NCBI GenBank assembly: GCA_030583765.1
Contig: CP129474.1
Coordinates: forward strand, 405,168 to 469,167
DNA: 64,000 nucleotides
Reading direction: 5' to 3'
Source: Minisyncoccota bacterium
Lineage (GTDB): Bacteria > Patescibacteriota > Minisyncoccia > 2-02-FULL-40-12 > GWA2-44-9
The notes under the pieces: model-generated
The model's database searches: none
Seen by the model: only the letters and a program-made list of their open reading frames with translations
Told to the model about the DNA's origin: nothing
Shown here: one piece after another, positions 17,296 through 28,000 of the stretch
Numbering within the stretch: position 1 is the first letter of the stretch
Layout of the letters: the number at the start of each line of letters is the position of its first letter
Translations under genes and position numbers: made by a program

Positions 17296-18786
17296 ATGCT
17301 CCCGGGCTTTTTAGCGTGGGGGACGCTTCTTGCAACGTTAGTTTTGCCGTTTTTTGCACCAACCCCCATAGCTCTCTTCATTATTGCGTTCGATGTGTAC
17401 TGGCTCCTGAAAGCGATGTATCTCTCGGCGCACATGCGCGCCACATTTAAAACGATGCGTGGGTATGTGCATCGCGACTGGGACGCTGAGGTGCGCACCA
17501 TAGTTGCCCAAGGACCCGAGCTCAAAGGGGCGCGATGGGAGGACATATATCATCTTGTTATTCTCCCAATGTATACAGAGCCCCATGCACTTGTTCGCGA
17601 GAGTTTTCTTGGTTTATTACGCTCTACATACCCACGAGAAAAAATGATTGTAGTGCTTGCGACAGAGGAGCGGGCCGGCGCTCCTGCTCAAGAAACGGCG
17701 GCGCGCATTGTCGCAGAGTTTGGATCTGCATTTCATGCATTGCTCGTCACAACCCACCCCGCCAATCTTCCAGGTGAAATCCCCGGGAAGGGTTCGAATG
17801 ATGCGTGGGCGGCTCGAAAGGTGGTTGCTGAATACATCGATCCGCATCATATCCCACACGAACGCGTCCTCGTTTCTGTTTTCGACGTTGATTCTATAGT
17901 GCATCCCAGCTTCTTTTCAATGCTTACTTGGCACTACCTTACCGCAGAGAAGCCAACGAGATCATCATTCCAGCCCGTGCCGCTTTTTACTAATAATATC
18001 TGGGAAGCTCCAGCATTTGCGCGCGTCTTTGCCTTTGCGACGACGTTTTGGCAAATGATCCAACAGGCTCGGCCAGAGCATCTGGTAACCTTTTCCTCGC
18101 ACTCAATGAGCCTGGCACCACTCGTAGATATAGGGTATTGGCAAACAAATGTTGTTTCTGAGGACTCGCGTGTATTCTGGCAGTGTTTACTGAGATTTGA
18201 TGGCGACTGGCGCACAGTTCCACTCGCTTTTCCTATCGCCATGGACGCAAACGTGGCGCCTACCTTCTGGCAAACACTCGTAAACCAATACAAACAGATT
18301 CGGCGCTGGATGTTCGGCGTTGAAAACAACCCATATTTTATGTATGGGTTTCTCCACAATAAACGAATTCCAATTCGCACAAAGCTCCGCGCTCTTTTCT
18401 TTATGATCGAGAGCTCTCATTCGGCAGCAACTCACTCACTTGTCATTTTTCTTCTTGGGTGGCTTCCTGTTATCGTCGGCGGGAGTGCATTTGCGAGCAC
18501 GGTTCTTTCGTATAATTTGCCACAAATTACTCGTTTTATTATGACGCTTGCCGCGGTCGGACTTGTGGCAAACGTGGCAATTAGCATCGCTCTTCTCCCG
18601 CCGCGCCCACCGCAGTATGGCAAGCGGGCATTTCTATGGATGGCCCTGCAGTGGCTTCTCCTGCCCATTAATCTCATGGCATTCGGAGCGCTTCCGGCCC
18701 TTGAGTCACAAACAAGACTTATGCTCGGCAAATATCTTGGGTTCTGGGTGACTCCAAAAGCACGACACACTACTGCGGGTGAGTAA
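17296..18786 (+). CDS. Processive family-2 glycosyltransferase (cellulose/chitin-synthase-like membrane synthase)
   Basis: It has the D, D, D and Q-I-R-R-W (QxxRW) motif pattern, the FDVDS motif, and multiple TM segments before and after the catalytic domain. The start is taken as ATG 17296 after the holA-like stop. Confidence 0.65.
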   Translation: MLPGFLAWGTLLATLVLPFFAPTPIALFIIAFDVYWLLKAMYLSAHMRATFKTMRGYVHRDWDAEVRTIVAQGPELKGARWEDIYHLVILPMYTEPHALVRESFLGLLRSTYPREKMIVVLATEERAGAPAQETAARIVAEFGSAFHALLVTTHPANLPGEIPGKGSNDAWAARKVVAEYIDPHHIPHERVLVSVFDVDSIVHPSFFSMLTWHYLTAEKPTRSSFQPVPLFTNNIWEAPAFARVFAFATTFWQMIQQARPEHLVTFSSHSMSLAPLVDIGYWQTNVVSEDSRVFWQCLLRFDGDWRTVPLAFPIAMDANVAPTFWQTLVNQYKQIRRWMFGVENNPYFMYGFLHNKRIPIRTKLRALFFMIESSHSAATHSLVIFLLGWLPVIVGGSAFASTVLSYNLPQITRFIMTLAAVGLVANVAISIALLPPRPPQYGKRAFLWMALQWLLLPINLMAFGALPALESQTRLMLGKYLGFWVTPKARHTTAGE

Positions 18787-20899
18787 TTGCGCGCACTTCT
18801 GCGACGCGGGCCTTGAGTTCCGGATAGCGTGAGAGGCGCGAGTCTTCATGGAGAAGTATTCGAGCGACATTTCGTGCGCGAGTGACCGTGCGGGATGATG
18901 CGCTGAGTGCGAGGCGCAGATCAGAGGTTCCTGACTGCTTAAAGCCGAAGAATTGGCCAGCGCCACGGAGCTCGAGGTCGTGTTCCGCGAGCTTGAATCC
19001 ATCGTCGCAAGACGCAAGCAGCGCGAGGCGCTCATGCTCTGTTTTTTCTGGGGATGAGGCAAAGAGAAAGCAGTGTGACTGCCCTTCGCCACGACCCACG
19101 CGTCCACGAAGCTGGTGTAGTTGGGCGAGACCGAAGTGGTCGGCGTGTTCAATTGCGATAATGCGTGCATTGGGGACATCAATACCGACTTCAATAAGCG
19201 TTGTTGCAACGAGTACGTGGTGCCAGCCATCGCGAAAGCCAGCCATCGCGGCGGAGCGCTCTGCCGGCCTCATGCGTCCGTGGATGAGCGAGACTGAAAA
19301 TTCTGGGAATACGTCTTGAGCGAGGACCGCGTGTGCCTTCTTTGCTGCTCGGAGATCATAAAGTGCCGATTCAAGTGGCGCATCGTCGGCCTCCTCATGA
19401 ATGCGCGGAGATATAAAAAATGCCTGGGCTCCATCGCGGATAAGCGTGCGCATATGCTCCATTGCTTTTGCCCGATCTTTTGGCGCGACAATGTGGGTGA
19501 TAATTGGATTGCGCCCCGCAGGCTTGGTGCGAATTGTTGAAATGTCCAAATCGCCAAGGATAGTGAGAGCTAGCGTGCGTGGAATGGGAGTCGCGGTGAG
19601 GGCAAGGAGGTGGGGCGCCTGTTTTGCTGTTGCGATTAGGGCGCGGCGCTGGTCTACACCAAAACGATGCTGCTCATCAATGATGGCAAGTCCTATGTGG
19701 GGGAGTGTGACCCCTTTTGCCATAAGCGCATGCGTCCCAATAATAAGATACGGAGCCTTTCCTTTGATGGCTGAACGGGCGCGAGCTTTCGGGACGGTGC
19801 GTCCATCAAGGCTCGTTTCTTGCGCAGTAATGAGCGCAACATGAATATTGAGGATGTTCCTGAGTCGCTCTGCGCTTTGTGCGTGTTGACGTGCTAGGGC
19901 ATCTGTTGGCGCCAAGAAAACCGCGTGATGGCCCGCGTGAACGGCGTGTGCAGCTGCAAGAAGTGCAACGATTGTTTTTCCACTTCCCACATCTCCCTGT
20001 AAGAGTCGGTTCATGGGGAATGGCCGCTCCATGTCAGTAATAATTTCGAAAAGCGCCACACGTTGGTCGTCGGTGAGTTTCATTGGGAGTTTATTGATGC
20101 GCGCCTTGAGAAACGCATGGTCCTGCGGGACTGGTATCCCTGGTATCGCGTGAGTAATGCGACGTTGCTGGAGTGCACCGATATGCAGTGCGAGGACGTC
20201 ATCGAAAGCGAGTCGTTCTTTGCCTCGCTTTGCTTCGCTTACTTCGGCGGGCACGTGAACCATACGGAGCGCTTCTTTAAGAGGTGGGAGAGACTGTTCT
20301 ACGCGGACTGCCTCCGGAAGGGGATCTGGCACATGCCAGAGTGCCAATATTTTTTTAACATAATTGTGTAGTCCGCGAGAGGTAATCCCTTCAGTTTCGG
20401 GATATACGGGGACAAGCCCAAGGGGCGCAGGTTCACCTCCGTCAAGCGAGATCGTCTCATATGAGGGACTTGCGAGGTATACGCCTTTTTTATCACGATA
20501 CGCCTTTCCAGCAACGCGCACTCGAGTTCCTTCGGGGAGTGCCTTTACGAGATATGATTGATGAAACCAGCGGATGCGAATTCGTTCCCCGTTATTTTCA
20601 ATGACCGCCTCTGTTGCGGTCATACGTTTCGGGAAAATGTAGGTATTAATAATGGAAACAATGGTACCAACGCAGGTGACAATATCTCCTGGGCGCACGT
20701 GGCCTGGCGAGCGGGGAAGTCCAAAATCTTGATATCGATGAGGTAGATGCCACAGAAGGTCTCTGGGTGTTTTAATGCCCAGTTTTTCAAGTTTGGCATA
20801 GTGCGCGGGGGCAATGCGGATCCACAATTGCAGAGACGTGCGTGCTTCTTCCCACGTGGTAATTGAGCGACTAGGCATGGCGTGCGTTAGAAATACCAT
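18770..20899 (-). CDS. recG: ATP-dependent DNA helicase RecG
   Basis: 709 aa with a wedge domain, Walker A GDVGSGKT, DEQHRFG, and helicase motifs through QLRGRVGRG. Confidence 0.92.
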   Translation of the reverse strand: MVFLTHAMPSRSITTWEEARTSLQLWIRIAPAHYAKLEKLGIKTPRDLLWHLPHRYQDFGLPRSPGHVRPGDIVTCVGTIVSIINTYIFPKRMTATEAVIENNGERIRIRWFHQSYLVKALPEGTRVRVAGKAYRDKKGVYLASPSYETISLDGGEPAPLGLVPVYPETEGITSRGLHNYVKKILALWHVPDPLPEAVRVEQSLPPLKEALRMVHVPAEVSEAKRGKERLAFDDVLALHIGALQQRRITHAIPGIPVPQDHAFLKARINKLPMKLTDDQRVALFEIITDMERPFPMNRLLQGDVGSGKTIVALLAAAHAVHAGHHAVFLAPTDALARQHAQSAERLRNILNIHVALITAQETSLDGRTVPKARARSAIKGKAPYLIIGTHALMAKGVTLPHIGLAIIDEQHRFGVDQRRALIATAKQAPHLLALTATPIPRTLALTILGDLDISTIRTKPAGRNPIITHIVAPKDRAKAMEHMRTLIRDGAQAFFISPRIHEEADDAPLESALYDLRAAKKAHAVLAQDVFPEFSVSLIHGRMRPAERSAAMAGFRDGWHHVLVATTLIEVGIDVPNARIIAIEHADHFGLAQLHQLRGRVGRGEGQSHCFLFASSPEKTEHERLALLASCDDGFKLAEHDLELRGAGQFFGFKQSGTSDLRLALSASSRTVTRARNVARILLHEDSRLSRYPELKARVAEVRAITHPQ

Positions 20900-20920
20900 T
20901 CAAGAGTGAATGGTGCAAGG

Positions 20921-21295
20921 CTAACGTACTATAACGGAGCACCGGGCGGTTTTTTCTCCGCTGGTTACAATGATTTCTTGTCGTCCTTCTGTTTCTGCAG
21001 AGAAAGCGATGATAGCAATTGATTCCGCGGTGGTGATGTAGGCAATGTTTGCGCCGGGGACATCCCAACGATAGGGTGGGCGGCCTCCTTCTGCAAAAAC
21101 AATGAGGTCTTGCTCAGGCGCGACGTGCGTGCTTTTGGGGGAGCAGACAAGAGGCTGCTGATCCGCGCCCGAAGAAGAGATTTCGGGAGTAAAGAGCGTT
21201 TGTTGAAACAACGCAAGCATACCAATGGTACCAGCAAACGTAGTGGCAATTACTGAAACCCATGTTCGTGATACGGAAAAAGAGTAGCGACCCAT
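20921..21295 (-). CDS. Small membrane-anchored protein with one copy of the Cys-bracketed GG-x-Y-x-W Ig-like repeat
   Basis: An N-terminal TM segment followed by LVCSPKST...FAEGGRPPYRWD...CSVIV. It is the last gene of the sortase/surface-protein operon. Confidence 0.55.
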   Translation of the reverse strand: MGRYSFSVSRTWVSVIATTFAGTIGMLALFQQTLFTPEISSSGADQQPLVCSPKSTHVAPEQDLIVFAEGGRPPYRWDVPGANIAYITTAESIAIIAFSAETEGRQEIIVTSGEKTARCSVIVR

Positions 21296-21299
21296 AGTG

Positions 21300-21932
21300 T
21301 TAGGGGAGCGGCGCTTGAATGACTCCTATGCCACACTCCGCGAATTGTCCAGAAGCGGAAACGCGGACGCTGTGATGTGTTACGCTCTCTTGTGGCGTTG
21401 TGGTAAAAGTATTCCCAGTTCCGCTGGCAGGATTGGTGCTTTGAGAACTCCATGCATAAGCTCCACTCCCGCCGGTAGCAAAAATGCGCGCACTTTGACC
21501 TTGGAAGAGAGTTTGGTAGAGCGGCACACATCGCAGCGGCGGCGTCGCTGCTTCTTGTGGGAAGGCTGCTTCGGTGACATATACTTCACAAAATGCGATG
21601 TCGTCTCCGCTTCGTACCACGACTGGTTTCCGGTGCGGGTCACCATCAATGGATCCTTGCATATATCGTGTTGTAAATGTGGCGTCAGATCCAGAGTTCT
21701 GTTCCGCATCTTCAGCAACCCAGGTATACACTCCACTACCACCGCTTGCCGAGAGGGTAACTGTGTCTCCAGCAATAACTGACTGGTATAGCGGGGAACA
21801 GCGCAGACTACCCGAAGAGCCGCTACTTTCGGACGGGACGGATTCCACAAGTGTGCGCGCAACCCACACCCCTCCTGCAGAGAGCAAGAGCAGTGCGACA
21901 ACGAGAACGTTTTTTTGGGTGAAGGATATCAT
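21300..21932 (-). CDS. Secreted/anchored protein with two copies of the Cys-bracketed Ig-like repeat
   Basis: A signal anchor MISFTQKNVLVVALLLLSAGG, then LRCSPLYQ...SASGGSGVYTWV...CEVYV and LRCVPLYQ...ATGGSGAYAWS...CGIGV. It overlaps the upstream gene by 4 bp. Confidence 0.6.
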   Translation of the reverse strand: MISFTQKNVLVVALLLLSAGGVWVARTLVESVPSESSGSSGSLRCSPLYQSVIAGDTVTLSASGGSGVYTWVAEDAEQNSGSDATFTTRYMQGSIDGDPHRKPVVVRSGDDIAFCEVYVTEAAFPQEAATPPLRCVPLYQTLFQGQSARIFATGGSGAYAWSSQSTNPASGTGNTFTTTPQESVTHHSVRVSASGQFAECGIGVIQAPLP

Positions 21933-24574
21933 TGCTTGAAGTTCTCACGCGCCCTCTCACGAACCAGTTCCTGGGCCTCTTTCGTGCGGAAGCGATTCGT
22001 GTGTGCATATGCGGCATATGCGGCACCTGCGAAAGAGCCGAGCGCAAGTGCTAGGAACAGCGTTTCTGCCGGGCCTGTTTGGACTTGGGCGACGATGGCA
22101 ATGGCGCTAGGGAGGAAGATTGGGAGCTCTGCTACGATGAGTGGAATGTTGTCTGCGCGAGCTTGTGATCGATTGATAATTGTGCGTCCCAGTGTTCCGA
22201 GACTTGCAGGATCGCGCATGAGCGCAGAAAAGCGCACTACACTTTCCTGGTTTGCCTGGAGCGTGCCTAGTGAGATTCCGGCTTCAATATTTGCATCAGG
22301 ACGGGAAACCCCATTAATACCAACAGAGCCAAACACGAAACTCATTTCACTTGGCAAGGTGTCTTGCACTATGACATTTGTGGCCGCTTGAGCACCTGCG
22401 CGCACGCGGAGCGTGAATTCAATTGTATCTCTTGCGCGTGCCTGTACTGGCGTTGTGGAAACTAGGTCTCCTTGAGTTATATTACGCCCCTCTTTTATCA
22501 ACTGCATTGAGACTGGAGAGCCTCCAACCCCTGGTGTGCCCGCCGTAGTGATTTGGACGAAAGCCTGATCACTCACGTTGAGGGCGTTAGTGGATCGAGC
22601 AAAGGCGGTGTTGATATGAGTTGATGTTCCCGCTGGGAATGAGCCGGCCCCAGCTACGCGTGCCTGGAAGCGGATAGTAGTACTCTGCCCAGGGACCATG
22701 TCTCCTATCACAATGTCGCCGTCTCCTGCGGGGGCTCCGTCGCGGGTCGTTGTCCCCGCCATACGAATGATAGTGGCCGGTTGCTCATCGGAGAATACGA
22801 CACTGCGCGCCGTATCATTCCCAACAGATCTGATCCGAATCGTATAAAACACGAGGTCTCCTGGTGCGGCGACAATGCTCTCACTGTCTGTGGCGCCAAC
22901 AATATCGCGCCGTACCAATTTCTCTATCTCAAGACGAACCGTTGGACCAGTACCTCCACCTCCGCCACCTCCTCCGCCCGATGGAGGGGGGCTCGTTGGC
23001 GTTGCCGTAGGTGTTGGACTTGCGGGCGGCACCGTAGGTGTCGGAGTGGGGGATGCGGGTGGATCAGTGGGTGTTGGTGTCGGAGTTACCGGTGGTGTTG
23101 CCGTAGGTGTTGGACTTGCGGGCGGGTCAGTAGGGGTTGGTGTTGGGGTTGGGGAGGAGAGAGGCGCAATCGCAACAATACAAGTGACGGTTGTTGCTCC
23201 ATCTGAGAGTACGACATCCTGACTTGAACTGGCAAAAGACGATGAAAAGGCAACAGAAAAGACGGGCCCAGTGCCTGTTGCGGGTTGGCCATTTACTGCA
23301 CTCCATGTATATATGCCGCTTCCGCCCGAGGCCACTACATGGGCTTCTTGGTTTGTATCAACGAGTTGCGAGAGCGGCTCACAAGACAAGGGGATCGCCG
23401 TAGGTGTCGGAGTGGGGGATGCGGGTGGATCAGTGGGTGTTGGTGTCGGAGTTACCGGTGGTGTTGGCGTAGGAGTGGGACTTGCGGGCGGGTCAGTAGG
23501 GGTTGGCGTTGGGGTTGGGGAGGAGAGAGTGACGGGGCATACTGCAGAGCGGCCTGTACGGCTCTCTACGACGACCTCTCGTTCTGCCGGGTCTGCGTCC
23601 GCGAAGGTGACTGTAAATGTATCTCCTTCGCCATCTTGCGGGTCAGCATCGTCGTCAAATGCTTGCCAGAGGAAAGGAGGAATTCCAGAACCAGAAAGAC
23701 TAAATGTTATCGGGACTCCGGGGAAGAACGGGCCAACAGGAGCAACGCAGGCAAAGTCTTCAAATGCGAGGACGACCTGACATGTGGCGGACTGGCCATC
23801 GCTTGCAACGGTTACATCAAAGATTGCTCCGCCGGCAACATTAGGATACTGCACACCAACAAGCGCGCCGCTTGTGCTGCTTAGACTACCTCCCGGAGCT
23901 GTCCACGTATATGTCCCACTCCCGCCGATTGCGCCAATAAATGCCTGATTATTTCCATTTCCTGGAGTAACAACTTGTAATGCGGGAACGCAGGTAAGTG
24001 TGGTAGGAGTCGGTGTGGGGGTAGGAGTCGGTGTGGGGGTAGGAGTCGGTGTGGGGGTAGGCTGTGCATATAGCTCATCACAGTAAAGTTGAGTGTTGTC
24101 TACATCCCCAACATCGCGGAACTGAACCCCCAAGAATTGACTCGAATGGAAGGATGGTGGCTCTGGTGCTGGGCCAAAAATAAGATCAACTTGTGAGTAG
24201 CATGCATCAATTGAAACAGAGAGATCAACCCAAGATCCTGGCGCAACAGACCGCGAATCTTCGTCATAAATAGTCTGCTGTGCGGTGTAGTGTGGGGGCG
24301 TTCCGCCACGATCTGACCAAATGCTATAGGAAACTAAAGTGATAACGCAATCAACATCGTTATCATTGCGAACTCGCGAAGACGCTGAGCCACCTGAGAT
24401 ATTTACTTTGCTACCCTGTGAGAAAATAAGGTTTTTATCACATACAGCAGCGTCCGATGATTGGAAGCGATCCAGTGTTGCTGGTATTTGAGTGGCGGCA
24501 ATAACGGCAAGCGCGGTGATGCTTGCAATACCGATGTACCCCAAAGCCTTTTTTATAGATGGGCTTAAAGTCAT
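21929..24574 (-). CDS. Large (881 aa) cell-surface protein
   Basis: An N-terminal signal anchor, three Ig-like repeats, (PT)n and Gly9 linkers, two DUF11-like domains, and the C-terminal sorting signal (VQTGPAE + TM + basic tail), all read from the translation. The gene contains a duplicated segment of about 130 bp. Confidence 0.75.
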   Translation of the reverse strand: MTLSPSIKKALGYIGIASITALAVIAATQIPATLDRFQSSDAAVCDKNLIFSQGSKVNISGGSASSRVRNDNDVDCVITLVSYSIWSDRGGTPPHYTAQQTIYDEDSRSVAPGSWVDLSVSIDACYSQVDLIFGPAPEPPSFHSSQFLGVQFRDVGDVDNTQLYCDELYAQPTPTPTPTPTPTPTPTPTPTTLTCVPALQVVTPGNGNNQAFIGAIGGSGTYTWTAPGGSLSSTSGALVGVQYPNVAGGAIFDVTVASDGQSATCQVVLAFEDFACVAPVGPFFPGVPITFSLSGSGIPPFLWQAFDDDADPQDGEGDTFTVTFADADPAEREVVVESRTGRSAVCPVTLSSPTPTPTPTDPPASPTPTPTPPVTPTPTPTDPPASPTPTPTAIPLSCEPLSQLVDTNQEAHVVASGGSGIYTWSAVNGQPATGTGPVFSVAFSSSFASSSQDVVLSDGATTVTCIVAIAPLSSPTPTPTPTDPPASPTPTATPPVTPTPTPTDPPASPTPTPTVPPASPTPTATPTSPPPSGGGGGGGGGTGPTVRLEIEKLVRRDIVGATDSESIVAAPGDLVFYTIRIRSVGNDTARSVVFSDEQPATIIRMAGTTTRDGAPAGDGDIVIGDMVPGQSTTIRFQARVAGAGSFPAGTSTHINTAFARSTNALNVSDQAFVQITTAGTPGVGGSPVSMQLIKEGRNITQGDLVSTTPVQARARDTIEFTLRVRAGAQAATNVIVQDTLPSEMSFVFGSVGINGVSRPDANIEAGISLGTLQANQESVVRFSALMRDPASLGTLGRTIINRSQARADNIPLIVAELPIFLPSAIAIVAQVQTGPAETLFLALALGSFAGAAYAAYAHTNRFRTKEAQELVRERARENFKQ

Positions 24575-25014
24575 GGTGTTAGCGTACAGTCATCTGTTCT
24601 CGTGGGTATCGTAGCTTGCGCCGGATCTCCACTGATAAGCAGCAGCCCATATCCAGGGAATGAAGTATTGATGGATGTGCTAAAAGTGCTACCCGAACCA
24701 GACGCTGGGGCTCCCCCGAAAGCGCGCCATGTAAATGTTCCATTTCCGCCACTTGCTGTTGCTGAAACGGAAATAGTGCCCCCCGCTTCTTCTAAAGAGG
24801 TAACCGTGCATAGGACGGGTTCTATGAGGTCAGAGAGTGAAATGTCGGCGGGGATTGAAGCGCTTCCGCGTTCGACATTGACGGCAACATCAGGAGCTCC
24901 AGAAAGCGCGAGCGCGAGGACAATGCCTATTGCAAGGAAAATCAAGAGTCCTGCGACCTTGCGTTCGTGGATTTGGACCCACTGCACTATTTGTTCTCGG
25001 GAGGGAGTGCGCAT
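24571..25014 (-). CDS. Small TM-anchored protein with one Ig-like repeat (GGNGTFTWRA)
   Basis: An N-terminal TM segment LLIFLAIGIVLALAL. It overlaps its neighbours by 4 bp and 28 bp, as expected for translational coupling within the operon. Confidence 0.55.
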   Translation of the reverse strand: MRTPSREQIVQWVQIHERKVAGLLIFLAIGIVLALALSGAPDVAVNVERGSASIPADISLSDLIEPVLCTVTSLEEAGGTISVSATASGGNGTFTWRAFGGAPASGSGSTFSTSINTSFPGYGLLLISGDPAQATIPTRTDDCTLTP

Positions 25015-28000
25015 GTTATTGACCCATCGCTTTGTATATTACATTCTATCACATTTGCTGCCTGAGATCCTGAGAAATCAACATCTCCTGGCGGCGTAAT
25101 CGCAATAGACGCAATGCCAAGGAGTACGAGCGTTAGGGGTGCGGTTGCAAAATTGAACGTTGTTGATTGTGCGGCTAGCTCGCGAGCTTCTCCAGTCTTC
25201 CATCTGTGCAATCGTGTAATACCAAGCCATGTGCCAGCGACAATAAATGCTCCTCCAAGGGCAATGAGAAGTGACTCGGCGATGCCCGTTGACACGGCGC
25301 TTGCGTCCCGCAGGCCCCCTCCCATGAGAATAGTGGCGTGTTCCGCCTGAACTCTGGAAAGGTTGGTTGCTTCTACGGCTGCGCGAGTGACAAGTGCCTG
25401 TGTCCCAATGCCTGCTCGCAGCTCCGTTTTAGTAGAGAATCGGACACTCACCGTGTCGCCAGCTCGCAACGATCCTAGTGCAATATTGCGACGTATGTCC
25501 GCGTTAGCGTCCTGTACACCGTTGATAGAGAGGGTGCCAGGTACAAACGTGAGGTATTCAGGAAGAGTGATTGTGGCAGTTGCGTTGTTTGTGGTATGTA
25601 TTGCGCGCACGAGAAGGGCGAGCTCGAGTGTTTCGCCTTGCATGGCGCGGGTTTCTTGCGAGAGTTGCGTGGCTCCTCGCGAAAGATTACGCCCACTGAG
25701 CGAGAGAGTGATGGCGGGTATCCCTGGGGAGATGTTTTCTCCGCCTTGATTATTCGAATTACCTATCTGTGGAGAGGCCCGGAAGATGGAAAGTGTTCCT
25801 GCGTGGGCGATGCGGCCATGTGTGTCGCTGGTGAGGGATGCGGTAATGGGAATGACCGTTGTCCCGATTGCAAATGCGGACTCATTTGCTACGGAGAGGG
25901 TCCCAGAAATTTCTATCGTGCGCGTTCCAGAGATGCTCCCAATACGAACGGTGCGCCCGTCGACCGCCCCTGAAGATGTGCGCAATGAATTTGGTACGAG
26001 GGATACTGTGCTTGGTAGCGCAAGTGTTAGAGATGCATTTGTAAGCGCACTAACAGACTGTGTTTCCACAAGGATGCGCATAGCAACGTTTTGTCCAGGA
26101 GTGCGGGAAAGGGTGTTCGTGAATGCTCCCGTAGCTTCTGGTTCGCGGAATCCAATAGCGAGAGAGATGCTGTCTGCTTGGGTGGTTGGGTTTTGTGATG
26201 TAGCAGTGGCTTGCCGCACAGTGACGCCACACACTGCCGACCGCGTTCCATCAGAGACGGTGACGGAACGGGATCCAGGGGCACTAAAGCGTGTGGTAAA
26301 CGATGCTCCCGTACCCTGTGAAGGGGTACCCGCCCCAGAGCTCCATGTATATGTTCCGCTGCCGCCACGAGCCCGAATGAGAGCATCATCTCCTACTGAG
26401 ACAGACTGAGAAAGCGGCTCACAGGCAAGGGTCTGATTGTTTTCTGATGCGGGAGTTTCTTGTACAACAATACTGCATGCCTGCGATACTCCACCGCTAA
26501 CAACGGTGACTATATGTGTTCCTGGAGAGTCTGGCGTTGTGCGGAAGACAGATGCGCCGCCAGTGCGAGGGATGCCGTTGGATGTTGACCATGCGTATGC
26601 CCCCGTGCCTCCGGTGGCGAATATATTTGCTGCTTGTCCGCGAGTAATAATTTGATTAAGTGGTGTACACGCGAGGGGTGCGCTCGGAATTTGTGGGGGA
26701 ATGTTGACAAGTGTCGTTGGGCTTGGTGTTGGCGAAGGCGTCGCTTGCGACGACGGGCTTGGCGTTGTGGTCACGGGCGCTGTCGGAGTCGGGGTTATTT
26801 GTGAGGTGGGTGTTGGTGTGAATGCAGGCGTGCTACTTGGCTGGATGCTTATGATTGGGGTCGGTGACGAAGAGACTGGCACCGGTTCTGGGGCAACAAG
26901 GACGAGGCATGAAGTTGTCTCCGCGCCACTGCGCACAGTCACCGTGTGTTGATCAAGGCATGTCGGACCTAGGAGCTGTGCATTAAAAATCGGAATTGTG
27001 TCTGACGAAATAGGACAAAGGAGCCGAGGAGTATTCAGGGTGTAGCGCGTACTAAAGCTTGTCCCGGTGCCGGCGGACGTGGTCGCTCGTGGTGCGCTCC
27101 ATTGATACGTTCCCGTGCCTCCAGTTGCGGTGAAAATTACCTCTTGTCCCGGTGCGACAACTCGTGATGAGGGTACGCAGGCAAGCGTTTGTGGGCCAGG
27201 TGTTGCACTGGGAGCCGGTGTTGTAGTGGGCGTGCGCGTTGGGGTTGGTGTGGCGCCAGAGCAGGGGATGCCAAGTATCTTATATCCGATGGCGCGATGC
27301 ACTGCGCGAAGCGTGTCTCCATGTTCGCGCGTACCAGATGGACGACCATATGAGAACATGGTGATCGCTTTTACGCGGCGGTCGTTATAAGCCGCATAGT
27401 ATGCCGGAGCCTGAAGGTCTTTGAGTGTAGTGAGATTTGTCCACGAACCATTCCTCGCGTACGCCATCATGACGATAACTATGTCTTTCGATGCTGGAAC
27501 GCGTTGTTTCGCGCGAGAAAGGAATGAGGAGAGGGCTCCCACGTTTGTGCTCGAGGTGTTGCTACCTGGCGGATCGATATAGGCCTCAATGCCGACCCAA
27601 TCGAGGCCGTCAGAGAATAGCATGTCTTGTTGCATGAGCTGATCATCTGTATAGACGACCCCCACTGGTCTCTGAGCAAGGTTTCGCGCTCGCAACTTTG
27701 CCTCAATGTCTTTTATGCGCTGCTCTGTTTGAGCTCGTGTCCAGTTTGGTTCGTCTCCGAGCTCAATGCGGGTCACCTTGCTCCAGTAGGGGCGCATCAT
27801 GTCGAGCACACGGTTGATCGTTGTATCTGTGACCTGGTCGCGCTCCATGCCGAGGGCAAGGTAAATATTCTTATTGTCCTCAAATGCTCGGCGCACTGCC
27901 GCATCCATTTTTGGGATCCAGACATCATCGCTTTCTTCAGAGTGGGATTCATATCCACGTCGTACCCATGCGTGATATGTGTTGGTGAAGCTTGAGACTT

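Noticed and set aside
22875-23780. Plus-strand ORFs (22875-23222, 23271-23780, 23285-23884) with Gly/Val or Arg/Cys/Trp-rich products
   Set aside because: They are reverse-strand readings of the (PT)n / GTG-GGT repeat DNA of the 881-aa surface-protein gene.
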